NCBI GenBank assembly: GCA_016195725.1
Contig: JACPZB010000066.1
Span: 1 to 60,271, forward strand
Origin: Deltaproteobacteria bacterium
Lineage (GTDB): Bacteria; Desulfobacterota; GWC2-55-46; UBA9637
Reading direction: 5' to 3'
Length of the DNA stretch: 60,271 bases
The notes below the pieces were generated by a model. That model was not told the origin of the DNA and did no database searches. It saw only the letters and a program-made list of their open reading frames with translations. Made by a program: the position numbers and the translations under genes. The first letter of the stretch is position 1. Every line of letters begins with the position of its first letter. Of the stretch, positions 1 to 9,875 are shown piece after piece.

Positions 1-143
1 GGAAGGAAGCGCAATTTTTACCGTTGCCGGTGAAAAAAAAGAGATTAAGGCCGGTTCTGTTGTAATTGCGCCTCATGGCGTTGAACGAGGAATAGAGGCA
101 AAGGAAAGGCTGGTAGTGATAGCCTTTCATGCAGGATAAAATA

Positions 144-217
144 GGCTAAAGGCTATAGGCTGAAGGCTGAAGAAAGAGCAAAAACCTTTAGCCTTACGCC
201 TTAAGCCTTCAGCCTTT
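144..217. repeat. Imperfect hairpin built from 7-nt words (GGCTAAA GGCTATA GGCTGAA GGCTGAA facing TTAGCC/TTACGCC/TTAAGCC/TTCAGCC)
   Basis: Read directly. Heptamer periodicity at 144-171 faces a complementary arm at 186-217, just upstream of the GTG start at 221. Confidence 0.6.
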
Positions 218-220
218 AAA

Positions 221-1300
221 GTGGAGGATTCTTTGGCAAAGGCAGCAAAAAATATAACCCAAGCCTCCGTATTAGAGGCATTAAGCAAGGTAATGGATCC
301 GGAACTGGGCAAAGATCTTGTTACCCTGAATATGATAAAAGACATACGGATTGAGGGGGCAAAGGTTACATTCCGGCTTGTTCTAACCACGCCTGCATGT
401 CCGTTAAGAAAGGAGTTGACTGATAATTCCAGAAATGCAGTTGCATCAATTCCTGGTGTAAAAGAGGTTGTTGTTGAAACAACTGCTGAAGTTCCTCAAG
501 CAAAAAAACTTCCTGAAAAAGAACCCATACCAAAAGTTAAAAACACAATCGCTGTGGCAAGCGGCAAGGGCGGCGTTGGAAAATCCACAGTGGCAGTGAA
601 TCTTGCTCTGGCTCTGGGGAAGAGCGGCGCAAAGGTAGGGCTTCTGGATACTGACATATACGGCCCCAGCATTCCCATGATGATGGGGATCCATAAACAG
701 CTTCAGTCAACACCTGACGAGAAGATATTGCCCGTAAGCAACTACGGGATAAAACTGATGTCCGTCGGCTTCATGCTGGACGAAGAAACCCCTTTAATCT
801 GGCGCGGGCCAATGGTTATGCAGATTGTAAAACAGTTTTTAACAGGCGTTGCATGGGGCGATCTGGATTATCTGGTGATAGACCTTCCGCCAGGCACAGG
901 CGATGCCCAGCTTACCCTTGTTCAGACAATCCCGTTAACAGGCGCAGTTGTTGTGACAACGCCGCAGGATGTTGCCTTGATTGATGCGCGCCGCGCAATA
1001 AAGATGTTCCATGAGGTAAAGGTGCCTATCCTCGGTATTATAGAAAACATGAGCTATTTCCAATGCCCGCATTGCGGAGAAAAAACCGAGATATTCAGCC
1101 ACGGCGGCGGTGAAAAGACAAGTGAGAGATACAATGTCCCGCTCCTTGGCAAGATTCCCATAGACCCGCACATCAGAGAAGGCGGAGACAGCGGCAAACC
1201 TATTGTTGTTGCAGACCCCTCCTCACCGCAGACAGAGGCATTTATAAAAATATCGGAAACAGTAGCAGCAAAGATAAGTATGCTGGATATGTGTGAATAA
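221..1300 (+). CDS. apbC: Mrp/ApbC-type Fe-S cluster carrier ATPase with N-terminal DUF59-like domain
   Basis: 359-aa ORF with deviant Walker A GKGGVGKST, a DLPPGTGD switch region and a C-terminal CPHC pair. The N-terminal MDPELGKDLV segment is typical of the family. Confidence 0.9.
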   Translation: MEDSLAKAAKNITQASVLEALSKVMDPELGKDLVTLNMIKDIRIEGAKVTFRLVLTTPACPLRKELTDNSRNAVASIPGVKEVVVETTAEVPQAKKLPEKEPIPKVKNTIAVASGKGGVGKSTVAVNLALALGKSGAKVGLLDTDIYGPSIPMMMGIHKQLQSTPDEKILPVSNYGIKLMSVGFMLDEETPLIWRGPMVMQIVKQFLTGVAWGDLDYLVIDLPPGTGDAQLTLVQTIPLTGAVVVTTPQDVALIDARRAIKMFHEVKVPILGIIENMSYFQCPHCGEKTEIFSHGGGEKTSERYNVPLLGKIPIDPHIREGGDSGKPIVVADPSSPQTEAFIKISETVAAKISMLDMCE

Positions 1301-1337
1301 ATTTTCGGTTCTTTCGTATTTTAGTTGAAAAGCAGCC

Positions 1338-1554
1338 TAAAAGCGGCATGTGGATTTTTCAGTCAAAACAAGGTTTTTCCGCGCATCTTTGAGACCCCAG
1401 TGGCTTCGTATTTTGTTTTGGGCAGGCAGATTTCCAGAACCTTTGTTCAGGCAAGTGCAGCGGGGTCTGATTTTTACTGATTTTATTTTGCCCTGCCGTT
1501 CTATCGGCAATATACGAATAATGTTTTGGCTGAAAAATCCACATGCCGCTTTTA
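1338..1554. repeat. MITE-like element of about 217 bp with 33-bp terminal inverted repeats
   Basis: TAAAAGCGGCATGTGGATTTTTCAGTCAAAACA (1338-1370) is the reverse complement of 1522-1554 with one mismatch. Only short overlapping ORFs lie inside. Confidence 0.6.
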
Positions 1555-1680
1555 AATAGAGTTTTTTAAATAAAAGCAACTTTTTTACGAAAGAACCAAA
1601 TTTTTTTCACTACAGTTATAGGAAAGGATGTTTATGCTCAAAGATGTCCCAGATGCGCGGAAGGACAAGGGGTTGTACCA

Positions 1681-2295
1681 ATGAAACCCAAAGAATCTCT
1701 CAAAATAGCCCCTCCGCCAACCCCTGAAGAAAAGGCTGTTTCTCCTTATGATATAGTTATCTGCAGGGCAGGCACTACAGGCTGTCCCCATGTCATAATA
1801 AATCCAAAACCGATAGCTGATAAGATAGAGAAGCTGCTGGATGAACTCGGCCTCGGCGAGCATATAAAGGCAAAGGCCAAAGGCAAGCTGCTCTATCACA
1901 TGAAGTTCAAGGTTGCATTGGCAGGGTGTCCTAATGCCTGCCCTCAACCGCAAATAAAAACCTTTGGCATAAGCGGCCAGGCAAGGCCTGTTGCAACAAA
2001 TAGCCCCTGCGTTGAGTGCATGAAATGCGTTGAGATATGCAAGGAAGAAGGCGCTGTAAAGATAATAGACGCAAAGCCTGTATTTGATTATACCCTCTGC
2101 GTGCTGTGCGATGACTGCGCTGAGGTCTGTCCCACCGAATCAATTGTCATTGAGAAAAAAGGCGTCAAGGTTATGGCGAATGGTAAACTGGGCAGGCATC
2201 CAAAACTTGCGGATGTCATCAAGGAACTCGCCACAGAGGATGAGATTTATGAGGTTTTAAAAAAAGTTGTGGAAGGGCATATGATAAATCCCTAA
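1681..2295 (+). CDS. 4Fe-4S dicluster (ferredoxin-type) domain protein
   Basis: 204-aa ORF with two CxxCxxCxxxCP-type motifs: CVECMKCVEICK and CVLCDDCAEVCP. Confidence 0.75.
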   Translation: MKPKESLKIAPPPTPEEKAVSPYDIVICRAGTTGCPHVIINPKPIADKIEKLLDELGLGEHIKAKAKGKLLYHMKFKVALAGCPNACPQPQIKTFGISGQARPVATNSPCVECMKCVEICKEEGAVKIIDAKPVFDYTLCVLCDDCAEVCPTESIVIEKKGVKVMANGKLGRHPKLADVIKELATEDEIYEVLKKVVEGHMINP

Positions 2296-2383
2296 ACTAC
2301 ACATCTGGCAAAGAGAGCGAGAACTCTCCTCATAAATTATAGCCTTGATATTCTATCTTCTGAAAATCGCCTGCATTCTCCTA

Positions 2384-3682
2384 CTAAATACGGATGATAG
2401 GGTCAGCTCTTGCTTTTTGACACCCAAAAAAGCTCAATAATAAAAAGATATTCAGAAAAACAACTATGCCCCCGCAGAGATATAATAAAAGATTCTCAAA
2501 CCGGCCGTTGGCATATTCGCCCATAACCTTGCGGCTGCGGGTAAGTAATATGAGCGGTATAATCGTAAGCGGCAGCTGCATAGAAAGTATAACCTGGCTC
2601 CATATGAGCGCTTTATAGGTGTCGGTTAATACTATGATGAATGCAATTGCAGGCACGGCAGTGATAAGCACGCCGAGGCGGAACCACGAGTTCGTGGGGC
2701 TTATTTCTTTACCCAAAAACCCGGTAAATACCGTGCCACCCGCAAGGCATGCGGTAACGGAAGACGAAAATCCTGCGCAGATGAGCGCTACCGCAAAGAG
2801 GAATTCTGCAAGTTTTCCTGCGAGGGGTTTTAAGGTCTCGGCCGCCTGCATTACATCATTTACCGCTACGCCGTTTCTGAAGAATACAGCGGCTGCAACA
2901 ATGACCATGGCGCAATTAATCATCCAGCCGGCGCCCATAGCAAGGAGCGTATCAAGAAATTCATACCTGAGGAGCTGTCTTTTCCGCTCGGGTGTGGAGG
3001 CATACCAGTTCCGCTTCTGGATAACCTCGGAGTGGAGGTAAAGATTATGGGGCATGACAACAGCGCCGAGCATGCCCATTGCTATAAATATACTTGATGA
3101 ATCTATTTTCGGAATAACGCTTGCCTGCATTGCCTCGCCCCAGTCAGGTTTGACAAGGAAAAGCTCCATGAGGTAGCAGAAACCTATAATAGACACGAAT
3201 GATATAATAAGATGTTCAGTCTGCTCGTATTTCTGTATAGTTGCCAGCATCAATACAATGCCGCCTGAAATCAGGGCAGAGAGTGCAAGCGGAAATCTGA
3301 AGAGTATGGTTAAACCGATTGATGCTCCGAGAAATTCTGCAAGGGCTGTGGCAATACAGGCCAGCATGATTGAGCCGCCGAAGATGTAATTAGCCCATGC
3401 CGGGAAACATCGCCTGCATGATTCAGCCATGCATGTGCCTGTTACTATGCCGAGGTGCGCGGACATGTGCTGAAGAAATATGAGCATCAGGGTTGAAAGC
3501 GTTATTACCCATAAGAGAGAATAGTTGAAGGAAGAACCAGCGGCTATGTTCGTTGCCCAATTGCCCGGGTCTATAAACCCTACCGTTACCAGAAAACCGG
3601 GGCCCAGGTACCTCAAAAGTTCAAGGTTTAAGGTAAACCTTGCAGACAGGCCGAGTTTTTTAATAGGCTCAATAAAATTCAT
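2384..3682 (-). CDS. mntH: NRAMP-family divalent metal (Mn2+/Fe2+) transporter
   Basis: 432-aa polytopic ORF with the N-terminal GPGFLVTVGFIDPGNWATNIAAGS signature and an MPHNLYLHS motif typical of Nramp/MntH. Confidence 0.9.
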   Translation of the reverse strand: MNFIEPIKKLGLSARFTLNLELLRYLGPGFLVTVGFIDPGNWATNIAAGSSFNYSLLWVITLSTLMLIFLQHMSAHLGIVTGTCMAESCRRCFPAWANYIFGGSIMLACIATALAEFLGASIGLTILFRFPLALSALISGGIVLMLATIQKYEQTEHLIISFVSIIGFCYLMELFLVKPDWGEAMQASVIPKIDSSSIFIAMGMLGAVVMPHNLYLHSEVIQKRNWYASTPERKRQLLRYEFLDTLLAMGAGWMINCAMVIVAAAVFFRNGVAVNDVMQAAETLKPLAGKLAEFLFAVALICAGFSSSVTACLAGGTVFTGFLGKEISPTNSWFRLGVLITAVPAIAFIIVLTDTYKALIWSQVILSMQLPLTIIPLILLTRSRKVMGEYANGRFENLLLYLCGGIVVFLNIFLLLSFFGCQKARADPIIRI

Positions 3683-3727
3683 AAGCGCAGTTGTTGTTTT
3701 GCCGCCATGTTATGCTAGATGTATATT

Positions 3728-4966
3728 TTATCTTTCCGTTGCCGCCATTACCCCTGCAACCCATCCGGTTGAAAATGCAGCCTGAAGATTGTAGCCGCCT
3801 GTCTTTGCGTCCACATCTATAACCTCTCCGCAGATATAAAGATTTTTTATTATCTTTGATTCCATTGTTCTGGGGTCTATCTCTTTTGTTGATACGCCGC
3901 CTGCCGTAACAATGGCTTCATCCAACGGCCTCGCCCGTGTTATGGCAAACCTCATGTCCTTCAGCAGCGCGATTAAATCCATCCTCTGTTTTTGTGTAAT
4001 CTGATGAACTTTTTTATCATGCGGTATACCGATAAGTTTTACAAAGACAGGTATCATGCTTTGCGGCAAAAGATTTTTCAGCAGGTTATCAAGATTTTTA
4101 TTGCTGTGATCTTTTATCTCGCGCAAAAATCTCAAATCCAGCTTTTCCTTTGAGAGCGCAGGTTTAAGGTCAATGGAAATCTCAACTTTGCCTTTTGCAA
4201 GGCTGTCTACAACGGTCTTGCTCAGGGTGAGGATTATAGGCCCTGAAAGGCCGAAATGCGTGAACAGCATTTCGCCGAACGCCTCGGCAATCTTTTTCCC
4301 ATCAAGATATACAGACGCATTTACATGGTTGAGGGCAAGGCCCTGAAGGTCTTTAACATGGTTTTCCTGAACCTCCAGGGGCACCAGCGCCGGCCGTATG
4401 GAAATAATCGTATGCCCCAGTTTTTTCGCCATATCATAACCGTCGCCTGTCGAGCCTGTCTCAGGATATGATGCGCCGCCGGTAGCAAGGATTACCGCAT
4501 CTGCATGAAAGATACCTTTATTTGTATCAACGCCAATGGCTTTATTATCTTGCATGAGTATTTTTCCTACCGTTGTATCGGCAATTATCTTTACGCCATG
4601 CTTATTCAGATATATTACCAGCGCTTTCACCACATCCTTTGCGCTCCCCGATAAAGGGAATACACGCTTGCCCCTTTCCAGCATGGTCTTTACGCCGATG
4701 GATTCAAAGAAGCCGATAAGGTCGTCGCTGAAAAATTTCGCAAATGCGTTTATAAGAAATTTTCCCGTAGGACCGAATGCCTCCATAAACCTATCCATAT
4801 CTTCGCCGCTGGTTAAGTTGCATCGCCCTTTGCCGGAGATTGAAATCTTTATGCCTAGGCGCGGCATCTTTTCAAGCAAAGTAACATCTGCGCCAAGCTC
4901 CGCAGCTCTTCCTGCCGCCATGATGCCGGCGGCGCCGCCGCCTATTACAATAAGCTTTTTAGCCAT
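3728..4966 (-). CDS. HI0933/BaiN-like NAD(P)/FAD-dependent oxidoreductase
   Basis: 412-aa ORF with N-terminal dinucleotide fold VIGGGAAGIMAA. The C-terminal GEVIDVDAKTGGYNLQAAFSTG is typical of the HI0933 flavoprotein family. Confidence 0.8.
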   Translation of the reverse strand: MAKKLIVIGGGAAGIMAAGRAAELGADVTLLEKMPRLGIKISISGKGRCNLTSGEDMDRFMEAFGPTGKFLINAFAKFFSDDLIGFFESIGVKTMLERGKRVFPLSGSAKDVVKALVIYLNKHGVKIIADTTVGKILMQDNKAIGVDTNKGIFHADAVILATGGASYPETGSTGDGYDMAKKLGHTIISIRPALVPLEVQENHVKDLQGLALNHVNASVYLDGKKIAEAFGEMLFTHFGLSGPIILTLSKTVVDSLAKGKVEISIDLKPALSKEKLDLRFLREIKDHSNKNLDNLLKNLLPQSMIPVFVKLIGIPHDKKVHQITQKQRMDLIALLKDMRFAITRARPLDEAIVTAGGVSTKEIDPRTMESKIIKNLYICGEVIDVDAKTGGYNLQAAFSTGWVAGVMAATER

Positions 4967-5033
4967 TTTTGCGACATTTTTTTATATACTCATAAGCTCA
5001 TTAAGTAAGATAACATGACGGCCATTCCCGCGG

Positions 5034-5090
5034 AAGCGGGAATCCAGAGTTCATGCTGAATTCCTGCTCAAACCAGGAATGACAAGGCGG
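5034..5090. repeat. REP-like pair of short hairpins (ATTCCCGCGGAAGCGGGAAT; TTCCTG-N7-CAGGAA)
   Basis: Palindromes read directly in the intergenic DNA between the flavoprotein gene and tRNA-Ala. Confidence 0.5.
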
Positions 5091-5245
5091 TAACAACGAT
5101 GTCTTCATACTTATGGCCTTCTTAGCAACTCCGTTAACCGTTGATAAATTATCTGCAAAGTTTTTCTAAAAAACAATGAGAGTTTATGCAGCCTGCGAGA
5201 AGGTAATCATAGGTGTACATGGCGAGAGGGGTTATTTTTATATGA

Positions 5246-5321
5246 TGGTGGAGCTGAGGGGGATCGAACCCCTGACCTCAAGACTGCCAGCCTTGCGCTC
5301 TCCCAACTGAGCTACAGCCCC
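5246..5321 (-). tRNA. tRNA-Ala (anticodon GGC), CCA encoded
   Basis: The reverse complement is GGGGCTGTAGCTCAGTTGGGAGAGCGCAAGGCTGGCAGTCTTGAGGTCAGGGGTTCGATCCCCCTCAGCTCCACCA. It folds as a cloverleaf with a G3:U70 pair, anticodon loop CTGGCAG and a GTTCGATCC T-arm. Confidence 0.95.
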
Positions 5322-5809
5322 ATTCTTCTGTTTGACTTTGCCAAAATAACATCCTGCTTTTTTTTTTGTCAATCTATTTTGTTTGTTCAAATCTGCAGAA
5401 AATGCGCCCCTGTTAGGGAAACCTGTTTTGTGTCCTTGTGAGAGTCCCTGATATAAAATCTACTACCACTTCAGGCGAGTCGGCAGCATCAAGGAAGAGA
5501 TAATGGGCGCCTAAAACCAGTTGTTCCCTCTTTGTCTCACCTTAATTATGTTTCTGCCGGATATGAGATTTACCTATCTAACCTAAATCTACCTTTATTG
5601 TTCGTAGACACTGCGCCTATAAGTTCATTATTTCTGGGGAATATCAGCACAAGGCTTAGCACTATATTGACTCCATAAAAAGAATAGAAGCCGCAGAGAA
5701 ATATTGATATATTAAAGTGAGGTGAGCGGCTATAGGCTATAGATGAGAGGCGATATACAAATTCATATTCTCTCCCATAACCTATTGCCCATGGCCTGTT
5801 TATTTTTAT

Positions 5810-6835
5810 ATGCAGAATATAAAAGACCTTACCTTAACAGAGATTGAACAACACCTGACCTCCTCAGGAGAAAAACCTTACAAGGCATTGCAGGTTTTTG
5901 TATGGGTGTTTCATAGAGGTGTCGGTTCTTTTGATGAGATGACAGACCTATCAAAGGAATTAAGGGAAAGGCTCAAAGAGAATTTTTACATAAGCCGGCC
6001 CAAAATCCTTGCATCGGAAAAATCAAAAGACGGAACAACAAAACTTCTTTTAGAATTGGAGGATAAAAACTGCATTGAATGCGTGCTCATACCTGAAGAA
6101 GAGAGGCTTACGCTCTGCATCTCCAGCCAGGCGGGGTGCCCCCTTGATTGCGGTTTTTGCATGACAGGAAAGGGCGGATTTGTCAGAGATTTAAAATTAT
6201 CTGAAATGGTTGACCAGGTATTTGCGGCAAAAACGCTGCTCTCTGCAAATCAGAATATCACAAATCTTGTACTTATGGGTATAGGAGAACCTCTTTTGAA
6301 CTATGATGGGGTTGTAAAGTTTCTGAATATCGCCGTTCATCAAAAGGGCCTCGGTTTTGCGCCGAGAAGGGTAACGGTATCAACTTCCGGCATCGTTCCA
6401 ATGATAGAAAGGCTTGGCAAGGAAACAAAGGTAAATCTTGCCATATCACTGAATGCAACAACAGATGAGATGAGAAGCCGTTTAATGCCGATAAACAAAA
6501 AATATCCGTTAAAAGCCCTGCTTGATGTCTGCAGAAAATATCCTGCGGCCAGAAACAGGCACATAACTTTTGAATACATCCTGATGCAAGGCATTAATGA
6601 TTCCATGGAAGACGCAAAAAGACTTACTAAACTGCTTGAAGGCATAAGATGCAAGATAAATCTTATACCCTTTAATCCATTCCCCGGTTCTGAGTTTACA
6701 AGGCCGTCTGAAAAGACAATATTGAGTTTTCAGAAAATTCTTTTAGATAACAAATATGCCGCTATAATAAGGGCAAGTAAAGGGCAGGATATCTCGGCAG
6801 CATGTGGTCAGTTGAAGGGGAAACTAAAAAAATAA
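5810..6835 (+). CDS. rlmN: 23S rRNA/tRNA adenine-C2 methyltransferase, radical SAM (RlmN)
   Basis: 341-aa ORF with radical-SAM motif CPLDCGFCMTGK, GIGEPLLNY, and a C-terminal DISAACGQL with the conserved Cys. Confidence 0.9.
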   Translation: MQNIKDLTLTEIEQHLTSSGEKPYKALQVFVWVFHRGVGSFDEMTDLSKELRERLKENFYISRPKILASEKSKDGTTKLLLELEDKNCIECVLIPEEERLTLCISSQAGCPLDCGFCMTGKGGFVRDLKLSEMVDQVFAAKTLLSANQNITNLVLMGIGEPLLNYDGVVKFLNIAVHQKGLGFAPRRVTVSTSGIVPMIERLGKETKVNLAISLNATTDEMRSRLMPINKKYPLKALLDVCRKYPAARNRHITFEYILMQGINDSMEDAKRLTKLLEGIRCKINLIPFNPFPGSEFTRPSEKTILSFQKILLDNKYAAIIRASKGQDISAACGQLKGKLKK

Positions 6836-7015
6836 GGACTGAAAAATGCAAATGTCATATATCTACATACAGCTACGAAATGTCACCCAAAATCCTCCTC
6901 CCTTGACGGCAGGGGACAAAAGGAAGGGTGAAAAAAATCAAATTCCACCCCCACCCTTGCCCTCTCCCATAAAGGGGGAGGGGAAAAAGGAAATGGCCAT
7001 CACAGGAGAAAACAA

Positions 7016-7207
7016 ATGACAAAGACAAAACACGAAGAAAAAGAGGAACTCATACGCTGCACAATTTTTTTGGAGGAAGAGCATATAGATGCCATTGACG
7101 AATTAGCAAAGGAATTCAGTAAAAACCTTGATCAGAGATGGACGCGGAGCGCAGTCGTAAGACTTGCGGTAGGCAATTTTTTAACAAATATGAAAAAGAT
7201 GGTGTAG
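7016..7207 (+). CDS. Small ribbon-helix-helix-like (CopG-type) protein, tentative
   Basis: 63-aa ORF. The pattern of a beta-strand (IRCTIFLEEEH) followed by two helices (IDAIDELA; RSAVVRLAVGNFL) fits an RHH fold. No partner gene is recognised. Confidence 0.35.
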   Translation: MTKTKHEEKEELIRCTIFLEEEHIDAIDELAKEFSKNLDQRWTRSAVVRLAVGNFLTNMKKMV

Positions 7208-7215
7208 CTGATTCT

Positions 7216-7300
7216 TGGCGGAGGGTGAGGGACTCGAACCCCCAAGGGCGTTAGCCCGCTGGTTTTCAAGACCAGTGACTTACCATTAGCCTAACCCTCC
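7216..7300 (-). tRNA. tRNA-Ser (anticodon UGA), long variable arm, CCA encoded
   Basis: The reverse complement is GGAGGGTTAGGCTAATGGTAAGTCACTGGTCTTGAAAACCAGCGGGCTAACGCCCTTGGGGGTTCGAGTCCCTCACCCTCCGCCA. The anticodon loop is CTTGAAA and the variable arm has a stem. Confidence 0.9.
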
Positions 7301-7386
7301 GTAACGGCAACTATGGAAACTTTAGCAAAAACAATGCCCTTCTGTCAACCTTCTGCAATTAAAAACAGTTAAAGCCCAAAAAAATC

Positions 7387-7415
7387 TTGACAAGAGACGC
7401 AAAATTAATTAAAGT
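7387..7415 (+). promoter_or_regulatory. Candidate sigma70-type promoter for rplM-rpsI
   Basis: TTGACA (7387-7392), a 17-nt spacer, then TAAAGT (7410-7415), about 40 nt upstream of the rplM ATG. Confidence 0.4.
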
Positions 7416-7455
7416 AGATTGTTAAAAATTCTGGTTAAGAAGATTAGGGGTAATT

Positions 7456-7881
7456 ATGAAGACCGCATTTGTAAGACAGCAAGACAAAGCAAAGTGGTAT
7501 ATTGTGGATGCAAAAGATAAAATACTTGGCAGGCTGGCTACACGTATAGCCACTATGCTTAAGGGAAAACATAAACCCACCTACACTCCTTTTATGGATT
7601 CAGGAGATTTTGTCGTGGTGGTAAATGCTGAAAAGATAGCGGTAACAGGCAAAAAACTTACCGACAAAATATATTATCATCATACCATGTATCCAGAAGG
7701 GCTGAGGACTGAGGCCATGGGAAAACGTTTGGCCAGAAAACCGGAAGATGTAATACATCATGCAGTGTGGGGTATGCTTCCAAAGGGCAGCCTTGGAAGG
7801 GATATGATAAAAAAGCTTAAGGTCTACACTGGTGAAAACCATCCGCATCAGGCACAAAGGCCGGAAAAACTTGCAATTTAA
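7456..7881 (+). CDS. rplM: 50S ribosomal protein L13
   Basis: 141-aa ORF with [16 protein letters not shown] and GKHKPTYTP signatures, followed by rpsI as in the conserved operon. Confidence 0.95.
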   Translation: MKTAFVRQQDKAKWYIVDAKDKILGRLATRIATMLKGKHKPTYTPFMDSGDFVVVVNAEKIAVTGKKLTDKIYYHHTMYPEGLRTEAMGKRLARKPEDVIHHAVWGMLPKGSLGRDMIKKLKVYTGENHPHQAQRPEKLAI

Positions 7882-7896
7882 AAGGAGCGTTCATTT

Positions 7897-8289
7897 ATGG
7901 CAGTAACAACTTACCAGGCAGTAGGCAGAAGAAAGACATCGGTAGCACGGGTTCGACTGATAAAGGGCAGTGGCAAGATAACAATTAATGACAAGCCAAT
8001 AGATAACTACTTTGGCAGCGAAACCTTAAAGATGATTATTAAGCAGCCTCTGGGGGCAGTAAAGAGTTTGAATCAATTTGATGTCTATGCAAATGTATAC
8101 GGCGGCGGCAGTGCCGGTCAGGCAGGCGCAATCAGACACGGCATCACCAGGGCGCTTTTAGAGGTAAATTCCGACATGAGGCCGACCTTGAAAAAGGCAG
8201 GCTTTGTTACCAGAGACCCAAGGATGAAAGAAAGGAAGAAATACGGACAGAAAGGTGCAAGAAAGCGCTTCCAGTTCTCAAAGAGATAA
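7897..8289 (+). CDS. rpsI: 30S ribosomal protein S9
   Basis: 130-aa ORF with [29 protein letters not shown] and the C-terminal [17 protein letters not shown]. Confidence 0.95.
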   Translation: MAVTTYQAVGRRKTSVARVRLIKGSGKITINDKPIDNYFGSETLKMIIKQPLGAVKSLNQFDVYANVYGGGSAGQAGAIRHGITRALLEVNSDMRPTLKKAGFVTRDPRMKERKKYGQKGARKRFQFSKR

Positions 8290-8315
8290 GATTGAATTTG
8301 ATACCAATTACAGAA

Positions 8316-8349
8316 GGGGAAGGTCTCTTGGCCTTCCCTTTTTTATTTT
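8316..8349 (+). terminator. Intrinsic terminator after rpsI
   Basis: GGGAAGG-loop-CCTTCCC stem followed by TTTTTTATTTT. Confidence 0.7.
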
Positions 8350-8369
8350 CATCTAACTGAGGAAGCATT

Positions 8370-9410
8370 ATGATAAAAACAGCAATACTTGGCGGAAGCG
8401 GTTATACAGGATTAGAACTCCTGAGGATTTTAGAAAGCCACCCTAAAGCAGAGGTTATTGCCGTAACCTCACGGCAATACAAAGGATGCAAGCTTGAAGA
8501 GGTATTCCCAAGTCTGAACGGATTTTCAAAACTCAAATTTGGAGACCCTGCAAATTTTAATGTGCTTTCAAAGGCAGATCTCATATTTTCAGCCCTGCCT
8601 CATCATACTTCCATGGAGATAGTGCCTGAGCTATTAAAGAAGGGCAAAAAGGTTATAGACTTAAGCGCAGATTTTCGGTTGAAGGATGCAAAGACATATG
8701 AAGCATGGTATGGAAAGCACATAGCCAAAAATTTATTAAAAAAAGCCGCATACGGCCTGCCAGAGCTTCACAGAGGCAAGATAAAAAATGCGGAGTTGGT
8801 TGCAAATCCAGGGTGTTATCCAACAGGCGCCATCCTTGGCCTCGCGCCTGCAATAGCCGCAGGCATCATAGATGTCAACACGATTGTCATAGACTCAAAG
8901 AGCGGCGTATCAGGCGCTGGAAGGTCAGCTTCTCTGGATACATCATTTGCAGAGGTAAATGAAGGGTTCAAGGCATATAAGGTTGGCGAGCATCGCCATA
9001 CCCCTGAGATTGAACAGGAGATTAGCCTCATTGCTGGAAAAATTATCACGGTAACATTCACACCACACCTCTTGTCTGTAAACAGGGGCATATTAAGCAC
9101 CATGTATGCGAGCTTAAACAGTAAAGGTGTAACTTACAGCAAGGCTGTTGACATCTACAAAAAATATTACAATAATGAATTCTTTATCCGCATGATGCCG
9201 GAAGATGTTTTCCCAAATACGGCCCAGGTAAAGGGCTCTAATTTTTGCGATATAGGATTAAAGATAGATAAGCGAACTGGCCGCTTAATTGTCATTACAG
9301 CAATTGACAATCTCGTAAAAGGCGCATCTGGCCAAGCTGTTCAGAATATGAATATTGTGTTTGGCCTTCCTGAAACAACAGGTCTTGGCACGCCCCCCTT
9401 ATCTATATAA
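8370..9410 (+). CDS. argC: N-acetyl-gamma-glutamyl-phosphate reductase
   Basis: 346-aa ORF with N-terminal ILGGSGYTGLELLRIL and the active-site region ANPGCYPTG. Confidence 0.9.
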   Translation: MIKTAILGGSGYTGLELLRILESHPKAEVIAVTSRQYKGCKLEEVFPSLNGFSKLKFGDPANFNVLSKADLIFSALPHHTSMEIVPELLKKGKKVIDLSADFRLKDAKTYEAWYGKHIAKNLLKKAAYGLPELHRGKIKNAELVANPGCYPTGAILGLAPAIAAGIIDVNTIVIDSKSGVSGAGRSASLDTSFAEVNEGFKAYKVGEHRHTPEIEQEISLIAGKIITVTFTPHLLSVNRGILSTMYASLNSKGVTYSKAVDIYKKYYNNEFFIRMMPEDVFPNTAQVKGSNFCDIGLKIDKRTGRLIVITAIDNLVKGASGQAVQNMNIVFGLPETTGLGTPPLSI

Positions 9411-9875
9411 AAAGAAGCACAGCAAAACATTGTTTGCAAATATATATCCAATACGCTACATACCTTCAAGATTATAAAAAAGGAGGTGAGGCGGCCAAAC
9501 TATAGAGATTTCAGTAATCATTGAGTAAGCTCTTCTTGACAGCCTCATTTATAAAGGGATATCGACTATTTAAGATATCCATATCCCTTTATATTTTTAC
9601 CCTCTTGGAAGTTTTTTATAGGAAAACAAAATTCATGAGAGAAATGAATTACCCGCCAGCAAGCTGGCGGGTGTTCAACAGCCATTTTTTATCAAGAGCG
9701 ATTTTTTGTCTTGGGGCAAAGTCTTGGAGGGGCCGATGCCGTTTATACCGCAGCTACTTCACAACATAAAAGTCGTCTAAAGGCTGTTATTACAGTTGTT
9801 GGACGTTTTCAGGGCTCTCAAACTAATGCGTAACAGTTGCAAACCCAAAACCTTTCTGTTAGAATTGTAAAAATT

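Noticed and set aside
1337-1579. Three overlapping 60-80-aa ORFs inside the MITE-like element.
   Set aside because: They are mirror-image ORFs produced by the inverted repeat. None has an RBS or a motif.
2619-3041. Long antisense or alternative-frame ORFs inside clearly identified genes. Examples are 2619-3041, 4536-5018, 12220-12567, 12776-13183, 17716-18072, 32078-32542, 34453-34830, 37952-38428, 39192-39638, 40598-41059 and 46387-46836.
   Set aside because: Each lies fully within a gene that has strong family motifs on the other strand or frame. Their translations are low-complexity or biased and show no motifs. They are typical shadow ORFs.
6880-6995. A C/G-tract region (CCTCCTCCCTTGACGG...CCCTCTCCCATAAAGGGGGAGGGG) after rlmN, as a possible ncRNA.
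   Set aside because: It looks like the common poly-purine/poly-pyrimidine hairpin repeat seen in many intergenic regions. No specific RNA family signature is recognisable by eye.
9521-9769. An 82-aa ORF in the argC-M50 spacer.
   Set aside because: It has a TTG start without an RBS, crosses two hairpin repeats, and has an implausible composition.
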